A DNA stretch of 63,585 nt, counting the filler, from Octopus bimaculoides (taxonomy: Eukaryota), in the NCBI RefSeq assembly GCF_001194135.2. It is 8 parts of 7 records of this genome, joined end to end, with 100 filler letters (N's around TTAATTAATTAA, not from the genome) between each part and the next. Parts side by side here need not be neighbours in the genome. Positions count along the whole stretch, not along the records: positions 6,732 to 37,367 come from NC_069008.1; 7 more parts are not named here. One strand, 5' to 3'. The number at the start of each line of letters is the position of its first letter. Within the stretch, counting starts at the first letter, position 1. Positions 11,712-23,110 of this stretch are shown here, piece by piece. A program made the translations under genes and the position numbers. The notes under the pieces are model-generated. The model ran no database searches. It had not been told where the DNA came from and saw only the letters and a program-made list of their open reading frames with translations.

Positions 11712-13739
11712 TAAACGAAGCTTTCAGCATGAATAATTTGCTATTTTTACATAAACAGAACACGAAAATGATTTGTGGCAAAGCATCAAAATTGAAATAG
11801 ATATGGTAAGTTGAGATTTAAGGGTGGAGAGTGTTAAGCCGAGGAAAAAGTCTTTTCCAGGCATCTAGCTGTTATTTCTAGCATATCGTGTTTTCTGGTG
11901 AAGGCTTAATATTGTTTCTTCCGCTGTTATAAGAGAAATCTATGCATGCGTAAAATGCAAACATTTAGCCGTTATTTTGAAGGCGTTATTTTGAGGGCAA
12001 AATTTGAACATTTGAGGAGAAATCTATGCATGCACAAGCGAACATATCCTATGCATGAAACATTTGAGGTTTTGTGCGCTTAGAAAGCAGGCAGCGGGTG
12101 GTGGTATTTTTTCTACTTTCAGCTGTTATTTCTAGCATATCGGTTTTTCTGGTGAGTGCTTAATATTTTTTCGTCTGCTGTTTCAGGAGAAATCTACTCA
12201 TGCGTAAAACATACGCAGTTTGCGCTTTTAGAAAACGGGAAGGGGTGGGGAGGGGCAACATATGAGGTTTTCTAAGAACAGTTGAAACTGAAAAAGATTT
12301 TTTTCTAGATTCGTAATCTCCGTATTTTTTCATGTGGATTAGAAAGAAAATTCGAAAAAAATTGAAAGATGAAAAATTTGGGATGTGGATGGGGAAATTG
12401 AAATTTTGAAAATGTGTATTTTTAGCAAAATCATAATTTCCGATATCGAAAATATAGGAATCCGAAGACATTTTTAAAAATAGAAAAAAAAAAAAATGCT
12501 TTGCCCAAACGGTTTGGGGTGTCTAAGTCTGCGCAAGTGCTCGTCTCTATCTCTTGCTTGTTTTCTTTCCTCCATGTTTAGTCTCCTTTGGTGGGCAACA
12601 TCCTCTCCTCTCCAACATTGACTAATTCCAACAGGGAGATGGACGAAGCTCTATTACACTGGTGGGGGCTGGGTTTTCAGTTCCTGTTACAAGTGAGGAT
12701 AGACGGAAGCAGAGAGTATGGGACAATCTGAGTTCAGGTGCCACTTTCAACTCTCTCCTTGATCAATCTGATCAATTTTCAAGCTGTCACCTACTTTCAG
12801 CTAGTGCAAAATTCTCCAAGTTCTAGATTGATGCACTGTCTGTGGTCAATGTCGGAAGACTACTGAGTCTAGATGAACTCCTCATCTCCATCGCACTCAG
12901 TGGAAGCTTACTTCTGTAGGGGACTGGGATTCCGCTGTTGTAGGCCTCTCGACCCCACAGGTCTTCACGATCTGTCTTTCATGTAAATAAATGTTTGTTA
13001 ATTTAAGAATTTGCCAGCAAAATCTTATAAAATGACAATGTTCTAAAAGACGTCCATGCTTAATTAAAACAACTGATTTTCAAATTAAAATAAACGAATT
13101 TCAAATCAAAACAAACTATGATTAAAATTCTATGAACTCTAAGTTAAATCAGATAAACTTTTTATTAAAAAAAAAATGAATATCAATTGAAAATATACGA
13201 AAGTCATATTAAAATAAGGTGAGGTTTAAGAAATTAAGTTTGATTAAAAATCATATTTTGTTCAGTCAATATATTTCCAGCTTCACTCAAGATTTTCTAC
13301 CAGGGTTTGGTATCATAGATCTAGGGTTAACCCCAGGTGGGTTAGTATTAAAAGGGTGGATAATGCTTTATTTGCCATTGTGATGCGAGTTCGTTATATA
13401 ATTACCAATAGGTAATTAAGGTGTAATTAAATATCAAGCATAAAATCAGCTTTAAGTCTTGGGAAAAAGAAAACGAAAAACAATAATCCCTGTTTGTGAG
13501 GCTGAACCACGAAATGTATATAGTACAGGTATCGTCGCCGTGGGCATTAACTCGTATCTGCGTTAGTTAATCTAGCAAGTGATGAATGCAAATAGTGCCG
13601 GTGGCAGTTCAGGTCAAGGGCTGTATAGAAGAGCAGGGTCATTTATCTCTGGGGTGAGGGATGAGGAAGTGCAATTCGTTCTTTGTATCTTCATTGTATC
13701 TTCATTGGACACAGAAACTCGGCTTGCGAAGACCTGTTC

Positions 13740-14125
13740 AGGCAAGCGAAACCGAAATCGTGATGGCACCTGTGCCGGTGGCACATGTAAGGACATTCGA
13801 GCGAGATCGTTGCCAGTGCCACTGGATTGGCTCCCGTGTAGGTGGCATGTAAAAGACACCATTTTGAGCGTGGCCGTTGCCAGTACCGCCTGACTGGCCT
13901 TTGTGCCGGTGGCACGTAAAAGCACCCGCTACACTCTCGGAGTGGTTGGCGTTAGGAAGGGCATCTAGCTGTAGAAACTCTGCCAAATCANNNNNNNNNN
14001 GGTTGGCGTTAGGAAGGGCATCTAGCTGTAGAAACTCTGCCAAATCAGATTGGAGCCTGGTGTAACCACCTGGTTCACCAGTCTTCAGTCAAATCGTCCA
14101 ACCCATGCTAGCATGGAAAGCGGAC
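13740..14125 (+). mobile_element. RTE LINE 3'-UTR fragment (family C)
   Basis: Same sequence as 18826-19117 and ends in atgatgatgatg. The 47-bp duplication across the 10-N gap at 13991-14000 is an assembly overlap. Confidence 0.8.
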
Positions 14126-14235
14126 GTTAAATGATGATGATGATATGAATATAAATATACATATATATATATATTTGAATATGCATATATCTATATATTT
14201 ATATTATATATATGAATATATATATATGTTTTCAT

Positions 14236-14269
<34 letters not shown>

Positions 14270-14818
14270 ATATATATATNNNNNNNNNNNNNNNNNNNNN
14301 NNNNNNNNNNNNNNNNNNNNNNNNNNNNNNNNNNNNNNNNNNNNNNNNNNNNNNNNNNNNNNNNNNNNNNNNNNNNNNNATATATGTGTATATATGTATA
14401 TATTTATATAGATGTGTGTGGGTATGTATGTATATGTATGTCTGAATATTCAAAAGGAAATAAAAGTAAGTCATCGTTATTTAAATTGTAAATTTTATAT
14501 AAAGACATCGTAAAAAATTTTAAAAACTTATAAAGAACTCATACATTTTGTACATCTGTTTGTATTTGTTTTTGTATCATCTGTGTATATAGATCCATAG
14601 TGATCATAATAAAAATTTTACAACCAATATATGACTTACTTCCCGTTTGGAATATTGTAACTTGATTCAACATATCTTTGCTGCTACGTCTGTGTGAGTT
14701 CTTCTCCGTCTGTTATTGTGATATATTTTTGAACTGCAAAATTCAGTAACTGTTTGTTTAACAGTTGTTTTCGCGCTACGGGACTGGAAATTACCAATTA
14801 TTTGTCTTTGTGACAAAA

Positions 14819-16258
14819 ATGGCGACAGCTGAAAGCAACGCTCCCATTCAGGGAGAAGGTATGCCAAAGCAAAGTTTTTCTCAGGTTGTTGGTGGAAACA
14901 CCATAGAATTGAAAATTGTAAAAGAGAGTCTGTACGCTTTCAGAAAGTACATTCAAAAGGTGGATGGTGAAACCAAATTGATTCCACAACCGAGACTGTC
15001 AATGCCCGGAAAGAAAAGAGAGTGGTATACAAAGTCTACAACATAAAGGAGAAAAGGATTACTGAGGTTCGTAACGAACTGGTTGAAAGGTGTCTGGCGC
15101 CAATATGGCCAAAGGTCCGCCACGTCAACCGCGGAGTACGAAGTGCNNNNNNNNNNCAATATGGCCAAAGGTCCGCCACGTCAACCGCGGAGTACGAAGT
15201 GCAACGGTTGAGGTGCACTTCGACTCGGCTGAAGTGGCGAGGGAGGTGTTGACGGAAACGTTGAAAAATGATACAATCATGTTGCTGCCCACTTACATGG
15301 GAAAAAGAACAGCACGGGTGACCATAGAGGACATACCGTTCAGATACGACGTAATGTGGGCGGTAGCAGCGGTTATATTCGACGTCGAGGAAAAAATAAA
15401 TATTCTAAGTATGAAGAGGAAGGAAGCGACCAGATGGAGAGGCCAGACCCTAGAAATTCTGGTCCAAGCGGAGAACAACACGTTCGAAAATTTGCCCGAT
15501 AGGGTGTTTGTGGGGGAGGGGCACATCATCCGCGTGTCGGTGGAGGGACGTCGACCCAGATGTTTCAGGTGTGGGCAGAAGGGTCACGTCCGCTCGGCCT
15601 GTATAAAAAAAAGCCAAACACCGTTAAAGCAGTCACCGTCGAAGTGGAGAGTGGAAACACTGAGAAAAAAACCCAGCAAGAACAAGAGAGAGAGAAAATG
15701 GTTGCCGTAGTGGAGAACGAAACGGAAAAGATGGAGTTCTCAACTGCGAGTAACAAAAGGAAGAAACAGCATGCGCCAGAGTCCCCTCCCCAAACAAAAA
15801 AAAATTCTGCACAGACAGAGGAAAAAAAAAAAACTTCTCACCCTTACCCCGCTGGTACAACGCTGATAGGACAGAGGTTCAAGACCCCACCTCAACCTGC
15901 ATTGAAGGGTTTAAAAAAAAAGAACGAAAAAATAGTGGCGATAAACACAAAAAACGAAAAAGTTGTAAAGTACATCAAAGCCCACCCAAGGGTAAGATAC
16001 TTCAAGAGAGGCACAGAGGACGCTCAATACCGATATGCAAAGGTCTCAGAAGAAGACTACGCAGAAAGACTGTTCCAGGAGCATGTAATAAACAAATTAA
16101 TAATTGACGTCTCCAACGACGTAAAAGAGGGCAGATTGATTGTCAGCCCGGCAGCCACCCCAAACCAGAGCCCGGTGGCAACCCCGAGAAAGAGCCCAGC
16201 AGAAATGGAAGGAGGAGGGGAGGTTGGCAAACAAAAAGTGCCATGCTCCCTCTCATAA
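14819..16258 (+). pseudogene. L1/Tx1-clade LINE ORF1 (gag-like, CCHC zinc knuckle) with two frameshifts
   Basis: ATG at 14819 (MATAESNAP...). CFRCGQKGHVRSAC at ~15561-15602. Frame changes near 15020 and 15605. The 46-bp duplication across the 10-N gap at 15147-15156 is an assembly overlap. Confidence 0.8.
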
Positions 16259-16285
16259 GTCCTTATCTCTACCTTTATTTTTTCA

Positions 16286-16717
16286 ATGATTAATTTGGGT
16301 ACCTTAAATGTGCGTGGAATGGGGTCGAAATGGAAACAGGCTTGTTTTCTGCACGACCTCATTTCACATAGAATAAATGTGGCTGTGATAACCGAGTCCA
16401 AGATGAAGGGACCTGAAGCGTTCTCGCCTCTCCTCAATGGTTACGACAAATTTATTTCTCCGAGCCGGAGGGGAGGTGCAGGCGTGGCAGTCCTCATCAA
16501 GAAAAACTTGGATTTTCAGATACGTGCTGTCTTTCTGGACCCAGAAGGTAGGCTGGTCGTCCTAGATGTAACACATGAAAGTAAGCAGTCCTTCAGGTTG
16601 GTGGCTGCTTATGCTCCTAACGGACAGAGGCAGTCGGATTTTTTTCGGAACCTGGAGTACTTTCTATTGACGTCTAAAACCATAGTATTGTTAGGGGACT
16701 TCAACACTATTTTATAA
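16286..16717 (+). pseudogene. L1/Tx1-clade ORF2, APE endonuclease N-terminal part, 3'-truncated
   Basis: LGTLNVRG, VITES, GVAVLI, AYAPN and LLGDFN motifs. It starts 27 nt after the ORF1 stop and breaks off where element E begins. Confidence 0.9.
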
Positions 16718-17460
16718 ACAATATATGAGTATATGCATATATATGTACATGTATGTAACGCGACTCTCTCTATTTCTATCTCCCCCTCTCATTCTTCCCT
16801 CTACTGTTCTTCGCCTCTACCTGTCACTAGTTCTCTCTCTATCTATCTCTTGTTACTCGTCCTTCGCCTCTCACCGTTACTACTACTATCTCTCTCTCTC
16901 TCTCTCTCTCTCGTTGCTCACTTTTATTCTACTTCCTCCCCTCCTTTTCCCTCTGCTACTCTTTCTCTCCATACAGCCTTGGTCACGTGTGTGCGGCTGC
17001 TATTTCTCTTCGTTCTTGGAATCACCAAGCTCGCACGTACTTCTTTGCCCCTCCTGTACGTGCTTCACAGCGTTCGAGACATACACACTTCACGTCTGGC
17101 TGTACAGCCTTTTTGTTTGTTTATTTCACCGTTTCGTTTTCCTGTCTTGTTTTCTGTCCGCCACTACCCTCCACGAAAACATTTTAATTTGTGTTCGTGG
17201 GAAGAACCATTTTAACGATGCGTACTGCCTTAATTCTTCGAAACGCCGGAGTTTTAATGGTGGCAGCTGATGAAGGGAATGTTTCTATGTGGCCTGCTTG
17301 TTTGTTGCACCTTGTTTACCATTTTGTCCTTGTTCTTTTGCCACGTCATGTACCCAGTTATGTATCTATATGTACATGTGGATGAACGTATATACATACA
17401 TGTACATATATATGCATATACTCATATATTGTTTGTATCACGACAGAACGCACGCGTTAC
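16713..17460. mobile_element. Unclassified repeat element E (solo-LTR-like termini GTAACGCG...CGCGTTAC plus a ~45-bp inverted repeat)
   Basis: Inverted repeats 16713-16757/17393-17437 and 16755-16762/17453-17460. The internal part 17130-17340 recurs inverted at 45482-45680. Confidence 0.6.
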
Positions 17461-17500
17461 CTTTATACAGTAAGTTTTTAACTATATATATATATATATA

Positions 17501-19117
17501 TGATGACCTTGCACTAATTGGTGAGTCACTATCAGAACTAGAAGAAAAGTTTCAGGTGTGGAAGCAAGGACTAGAATCGAAGGGCTTTCGAGTCAACCTA
17601 GCTAAAACCAAAGTCCTAATAAGTAGGAAGGTAGACAAAACACAAACCCTTTCAGGTAGATGGCCCTGCTCGATCTGTAGAAAAGGCGTTAGTTAGAAAC
17701 TCTATAAGATGTACCCAGTGTAAGCTATGAACACATAAGAGATGCAGCAATATCAAAGGAAGGCTAACTGGGAAGATAGTTTTTGTATGTGGCAGATGCT
17801 CATGAGCAATAAACACTGAAAATGTTCAGAGAACAACTTCTGCCACATTCCAGGGAGAAAAACTAGAAGTGGTTGATAGCTTCCACTACCTAGGTGACCA
17901 AGTTAGTAGCAGGGGAGGGTGTAGCTGCTAGAATAAGAATAGCCTGGGCAAAGTTCAGAGAGCTCTTACCTCTGCTGGCAGACTGTATGATGCATGTGTA
18001 CGAACAGCCATGCTTCATGGCAGTGAAACATGGGCCGTGACTGCTGAAGACATGCGTAGGCTCGCAAGGAATGAAGCCAGTATGCTCTGATGGATGTGTA
18101 ATGTCAGTGTGCATACTAGACAGAGTGTAAGTTCCTTGAGAGAAAAGTTGAACCTAAGAAGCATCAATTGTGGTGTGCAAGAGCGATGATTGCGTTGGTA
18201 TGGTCATGTGGCGAGAATGGACGAGGATAGCTGTGTGAAAAAGTGCCACACCCTAACAGTTGAGGGAACCTGTGGAAGAGGTAGGCCCAGGAAGACCTGG
18301 GATGAGGTGGTGAGGCAAGACCTTTGAACATTGGGCCTCACCGAGGCGATGACTTCTGACCGAGACCTTTGGAAATATGCTGTGCATGAGAAGACCCAGC
18401 AAGCCAAGTGAGACCTAAATCCAAGGCCTCTGCCAGGGGTGTAGCCAGCCCNNNNNNNNNNNNNNNNNNNNNNNNNNNNNNNNNNNNNNNNNNNNNNNNN
18501 NNNNNNNNNNNNNNNNNNNNNNNNNNNNNNNNNNNNNNNNNNNNNNNNNNNNNNNNNNNNNNNNNNNNNNNNNNNNNNNNNNNNNNNNNNNNNNNNNNNN
18601 NNNNNNNNNNNNNNNNNNNNNNNNNNNNNNNNNNNNNNNNNNNNNNNNNNNNNNNNNNNNNNNNNNNNNNNNNNNNNNNNNNNNNNNNNNNNNNNNNNNN
18701 NNNNNNNNNNNNNNNNNNNNNNNNNNNNNNNNNNNNNNNNNNNNNNNNNNNNNNNNNNNNNNNNNNNNNNNNNNNNNNNNNNNNNNNNNNNNNNNNNNNN
18801 NNNNNNNNNNNNNNNNNNNNNNNNNAGTGCCCCTGGACTGGCTTTTGTGCAGGTGGCATGTAAAATACATCATTTTGAGCGTGGCCATTGCCAGTACCGC
18901 CTGACTGGCCTTCTTGCTGGTGGCACGTAAAAGCACCCACTACACTCTCGGTGTGGTTGGCGTTAGGAAGGGCATCCAGCTGAAGAAACTCTGCCAAATC
19001 TGATTGGAGCCTGGTGTAGCCATCTGGTTCACCAGTCCTCAGTCAAATCGTCCAACCCGTGCGAGCATGGAAAGCGGACATTAAACGACAATGATGATGA
19101 TGATGATGATGATGATT
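17501..19117 (+). mobile_element. 5'-truncated RTE LINE: RT C-terminus, 3' UTR and (GAT)n tail
   Basis: DDLALIGESLSELEEKF...WPCSICRKGV...LRWYGHVARM...GRGRPRKTWDEVV, with stops and frameshifts. The UTR crosses the gap to gatgatgat at ~19117. Confidence 0.9.
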
Positions 19118-19604
19118 TTCAACTGCCCAGGTTTCTTTTTCTTCTCTTTCTTTTTCATGGGAGATTTTGAATTTATTTTCTATCTCGAAGAGTTTCTCTC
19201 TCTGATGGGATTTCACACTGTCATTAAAGTGTTTGTTTAAATGATTCAAGATCTTTATTCTCTACTGCATGAGTATTTTCCTGTCTTGGGGAATGATGTT
19301 TTTGTGTGTGTTGGCTCTCTTCTCTGGGACATATTTAATGCATATGGCTCGCATTATTAACATGAATTTATTGAGTTTCATATCTATGTCTTGCATAGAG
19401 AGGCTTTTAGGCCAGTGCTGCTGGAGTATCTGTTTTTCAAGTGACTTCTAAATTAGCCTTATAGAAATTTAGGCTGGATAGGGTTTGAGCACCATCTGTG
19501 CAGAGTTTATCTTTAGTTAATTCTGGGCCATAATTGTTAGTTCTGTCATGTTATGGTCTGAGAATATTGTCGGGGATATATTTACGTTGTGAATAATTTC
19601 CACA

Positions 19605-20239
19605 TTGTAGTAAGGATTGTTTGCCAACATAACATGGCAGTCCTGGTTTAGGATGAATGTTGCTGTAATTTAGCCCCAGGAGACATCGTCTCCAGCTGAT
19701 TATATGACGTGATCTGTGTCCTTATATTTTTGAACAAAGGAATCTAGTACCCCCACTCAGCTCAAAACAATATCTGCGTATCACGATTTCTGGGTAATTT
19801 CTCTTCATTGGCACAAAGTAATACAAAGTACTGTTGTTGAATATCTCACATTGTGAGATTTAAAAATAGTAATTTTCTAATTTATAGATCAGTGATTAGT
19901 TGTCACTTTGAAAACTATATATTTCAAACGGAAATTTGGTAGTGCCACCTCTGGCTGAACAATTTTTCTGTACTGATGAAGAGAAATAACTCAGAAATCA
20001 CGATAAATAGATATTGTTTTGAGCTGAGTGGGGGTGCTAGATTCCTTTGTTCGAAAATATAAGGATACAGATCGTGTCATATAGACAGCTGGAGACAATG
20101 TCTCCTGGGGCTAAATGACAGCAACATTCATCCTAAACCAGGACTGCCATGTTATGTTGGCAAGCAATCTTTACTACAAAGTATTGTTGCTGAATATCTC
20201 ATGTTGTGAGATTTAAAAATAGTAATTTTCTAATTTCCA
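19605..20239 (+). mobile_element. Non-coding insertion with inverted plus direct repeats (Penelope pseudo-LTR-like)
   Basis: 19605-19815 is the reverse complement of ~19969-20179. 19822-19883 is repeated directly at 20175-20236. TAATTTCCA at 19594-19602 and 20231-20239 looks like a TSD. Confidence 0.75.
19958..20018 (+). ncRNA. Type I hammerhead ribozyme motif (decayed)
   Basis: AACAAU-uuu-UCUGU-a-CUGAUGA-a-GAG-aaauaa-CUC-a-GAA-AUCACGAU-A^-a-AUAGA-u-AUUGUU. An antisense second copy at ~19765-19815 has AUCGUGAU in stem III. Confidence 0.65.
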
Positions 20240-20784
20240 TATTGTTTGTAAAACAGAGGTCCAGGATATTTTTGTGCCTGGTTGGAGAGAGTACGATCTG
20301 CTCCACGAATAGCATTTTCGTAAGACCAAGTAGAGATTCTGCTTGACTTCACTCTTTGTGCGTCATTCCTGGAGTTATATTGCTCTCAGGCCCCCTGATG
20401 TTGGGTAAGTAGAAGTCACCCATCAGCAATATAGCAGTACGTTGATCCAACTGTGTTAGTACTTCCTTTATCGCACTGAGTTTTTCCTCAAATTTTCCAT
20501 CATGATTTGAGACATCAGGTGGGCGATATAGTGTGCATATCACTATATCAAGTTGCTTTAGATGCTTTAGATGTACTATGAGTGTGTCACACACTGAGTT
20601 CAAACTCGATAGCAGGATTAATGGTGTGACATCTTCTTGGATGTACATTGCAATTCCTCCGTGACTTCCTTTCTTCTATCTGTACAGAAGATAGCATACA
20701 TTGGCATGTGTATCTCTGCATCACTTATGCCTGCAGATAGATGTGTTTCTGTAAGTGCAATCTCTAATGAATCAAATAAAAACC

Positions 20785-21750
20785 TTCGTTTTGAATTTCA
20801 GTCTGGTCAGATTAAAAACATTCCCTGTTGTTCGATATTTTATGTAAATTCCCTCCTCAGAGTTTTGAAAAGCATGTGACAACTCAACAGCAAAGTATAT
20901 TGCAAAGAGGGTGGGTGCATCAAGGTCTCCTTGCTTTACTCCATTTTCCATACCAAAAGATTTAGAGAGCCTACCACCAAAATTAACTCTAGCTTTCATA
21001 TCTTGATGCAAAGCCCTGACCATGTTTACACATTTTTCTGAGCAACCTATTTTCCTTAGAATTATCCACACAGCATTTCGATTAACAATATCAAATGTTT
21101 TGCTCAAATCAACAAAGCAATGGTATTGAGCAAGATTCTGTTTAATGCACTTTTCTTGAAATTGTTTGATAGTAAAGATACAATCAGCTGTGCCCATGGA
21201 GGAATGAAAACCACACTGAGACTCAGACACTATATTTGGAATTATGAAGGTATTTAACCATTCTAACAAAATGTGGGCAAGTACCTGTCCAACCACAAAC
21301 AAAAGCGAAATCCCACGAAAATTACCACACAGATCTTTTGGCCCTGATTTATGCAAGGAGACTAGAATGGCATCAATCCAGTCTTGAGGCACTTTCTCAG
21401 TTCTCTAACAGTGACAAATTAATATATCAAACATTTTGTCACCCCCATATTTCAAGACTTCTGCACAGATTCCATCAGACCCTGGAGAATTATTATTATT
21501 CAGCTTATTCACAGCTAAATAAATGTCATTTAGAGTTGGTTCAAATGCCCTCTCTTTTATAACTGGAAGGTGCTTGATTTTTTTTCTATCATCCTCATGT
21601 CAGCGGATGATGGTCTATTCAAAAGTGCAAAAAAATGTTCTACCCAGTGCTTATGAATAAAAGCGGTATCAGTCAGAATCAAATGTCCATTTGCAGTTTT
21701 CACTGTCGGTATTAAGCTACCGAAAGGCCACTAAAATAAAAAGGCCCAAG
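20785..21750 (-). pseudogene. RTE-clade reverse transcriptase remnant
   Basis: SPGSDGICAEVLK, PQDWIDAIL, NFRGISLL, QCGF, FVDLSKTFDIV and GVKQGD motifs. Confidence 0.88.
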
Positions 21751-22064
21751 TTGGAACCTAGCCACAAAAATTTACTGTTTTTGAGCTAACAAAAGATACC
21801 TCAACATGGTAGGTATATCTGTCAGAAATAGCAATCATATAATTTAGTATCTATACTTTAGTCAAACAAATTGACCCCAGGACTTATTCTTTGTAAGCCT
21901 TGTATTTATTCTATTGGTCTTTTTTGCTGAACTGCCAAGTTACAGGGATGTAAACACATGAACATTGGTTGCCAAGCGATGGTGGGGGGACAAACACAAA
22001 CACACAAATACATACGTACATGCATATATGTATATCTATCTATATCTATATATCTATCTATCTA

Positions 22065-22118
<54 letters not shown>

Positions 22119-22199
22119 GAGAATATTGTAGTTCGCTTGAAGCATTCTGTATTGTTTGTAAAGAATAAAAAGTTTTGAATGGTACAACAATGCACTACA

Positions 22200-23110
22200 A
22201 TACAAACAATAGACTATAATAACTGCTGTAATTTAATCATCCATAGTCTGATATGGTATTTCGGAATTAAAATTCCTTCTTCAGATATCCCTAGGAATTG
22301 ATGGAGTTGCTGCTATAATCGGTTTTCCAATGGCTTTTCTGTTTTGTTTTTTTCCGGAAGTGTCTCAGCAGTGGTCTCATGAAGCTCCTCCCGGAATTCC
22401 TCATGAGAAGTGTGTGAGGTTGGCCATGTCTCAAGCTTGTGTGTGCTGCTGGCACATCCGTAGTGCTGCTTCTAGGTTATGTATTATATGTGCAGCTTCT
22501 TCTTTTTCCTTTCTTTTTTTCTTCTCTTTTTTTTTTTGTTATAAACAATATATGAGCATGTTATCAAAAATGAACCTACATGCATCCAGATGTAGCTAAA
22601 TAATATATTGATTATCAACCTCCAACCTGTTGTTAATTTGGGGCCCTAGTCTGTCTATGAGACTAGCTTCCTTAATTCTTAGATTACCCAAATTTCTTTC
22701 ATTGGTCTCAATTGCATCTGTCATGCTTTTGTCGGTGTTCCGGCATCTGTCTAGATGTTTTCTGAAGGAGGAGGCTCTCGCGTTCAGATGTTCTTTGATG
22801 CAGACGTGTAACGGTCTTGTTGTGCTTCCCACATAGAACTTGTTGCATTTGTTACATTGTATTCTATACACAGCATTTACCCGTTGGCATAAATCTGTGT
22901 CACGGATGGGACAATTTGTTAATGTGCATTGATTGTTGTCCCTTATTAATTTCTTTGTGAGGTGTCCTCTCAGAGAGGGGCCGGAGTGGGCTAGTTGTAT
23001 GTCTAGCCCTTCTCTTCTTATGGCTCTTCGGATGGCTGTAGTTATCCTCTCGCTAAAATGGGGTATTTTAAGGAAGCATGTGTTGCTGGGTTTTCTTTAT
23101 ACATAATTAT
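22200..23110 (-). mobile_element. Penelope-like element 3' part: GIY-YIG endonuclease (ORF 22596-22871) and downstream terminal repeat region
   Basis: YRIQCNKCNKFYVGSTTRPLHVCIKEH...LRIKEASLI is the PLE GIY-YIG pattern. A hammerhead motif lies ~310 nt downstream on the same strand. Confidence 0.85.
22250..22289 (-). ncRNA. Minimal type I hammerhead motif of the Penelope-like element (U16.1 mutated)
   Basis: GAUAU-CUGAAGA-a-GGAAU-uuua-AUUCC-GAA-AUAC-C^-AUAUC: 5-bp stem I, 5-bp stem II, intact CUGANGA and GAAA. The cleavage triplet reads ACC instead of NUH. Confidence 0.65.

Larger units (their letters stand above)
19120..20780 (-). pseudogene. CR1-clade LINE ORF2 remnant (APE endonuclease and linker), interrupted at 19605-20239
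   Basis: IALTETHL, YRPPD, LLMGDF, LDLCFTNN then IIHNVNISPTIFSDHN on the other side of the insertion, and IIPQDRKIL. Confidence 0.85.

Noticed and set aside
14640-14733. Minus-strand segment with canonical acceptor and GTAAGT donor
   Set aside because: Stops in all three frames. It could only be non-coding, and there is no supporting evidence.
17225-17285. GAAAC-near-palindrome followed by CTGATGAAG in element E as a type II hammerhead
   Set aside because: The segment between the cleavage triplet and CUGAUGA cannot form stem I, stem II is weak, and no GAAA follows for a type I or III fold.
22529-22546. 18-bp identity (TTATAAACAATATATGAG) between the Penelope terminal region and the left end of element E
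   Set aside because: Very AT-rich. One such match is plausible by chance in a window this size.
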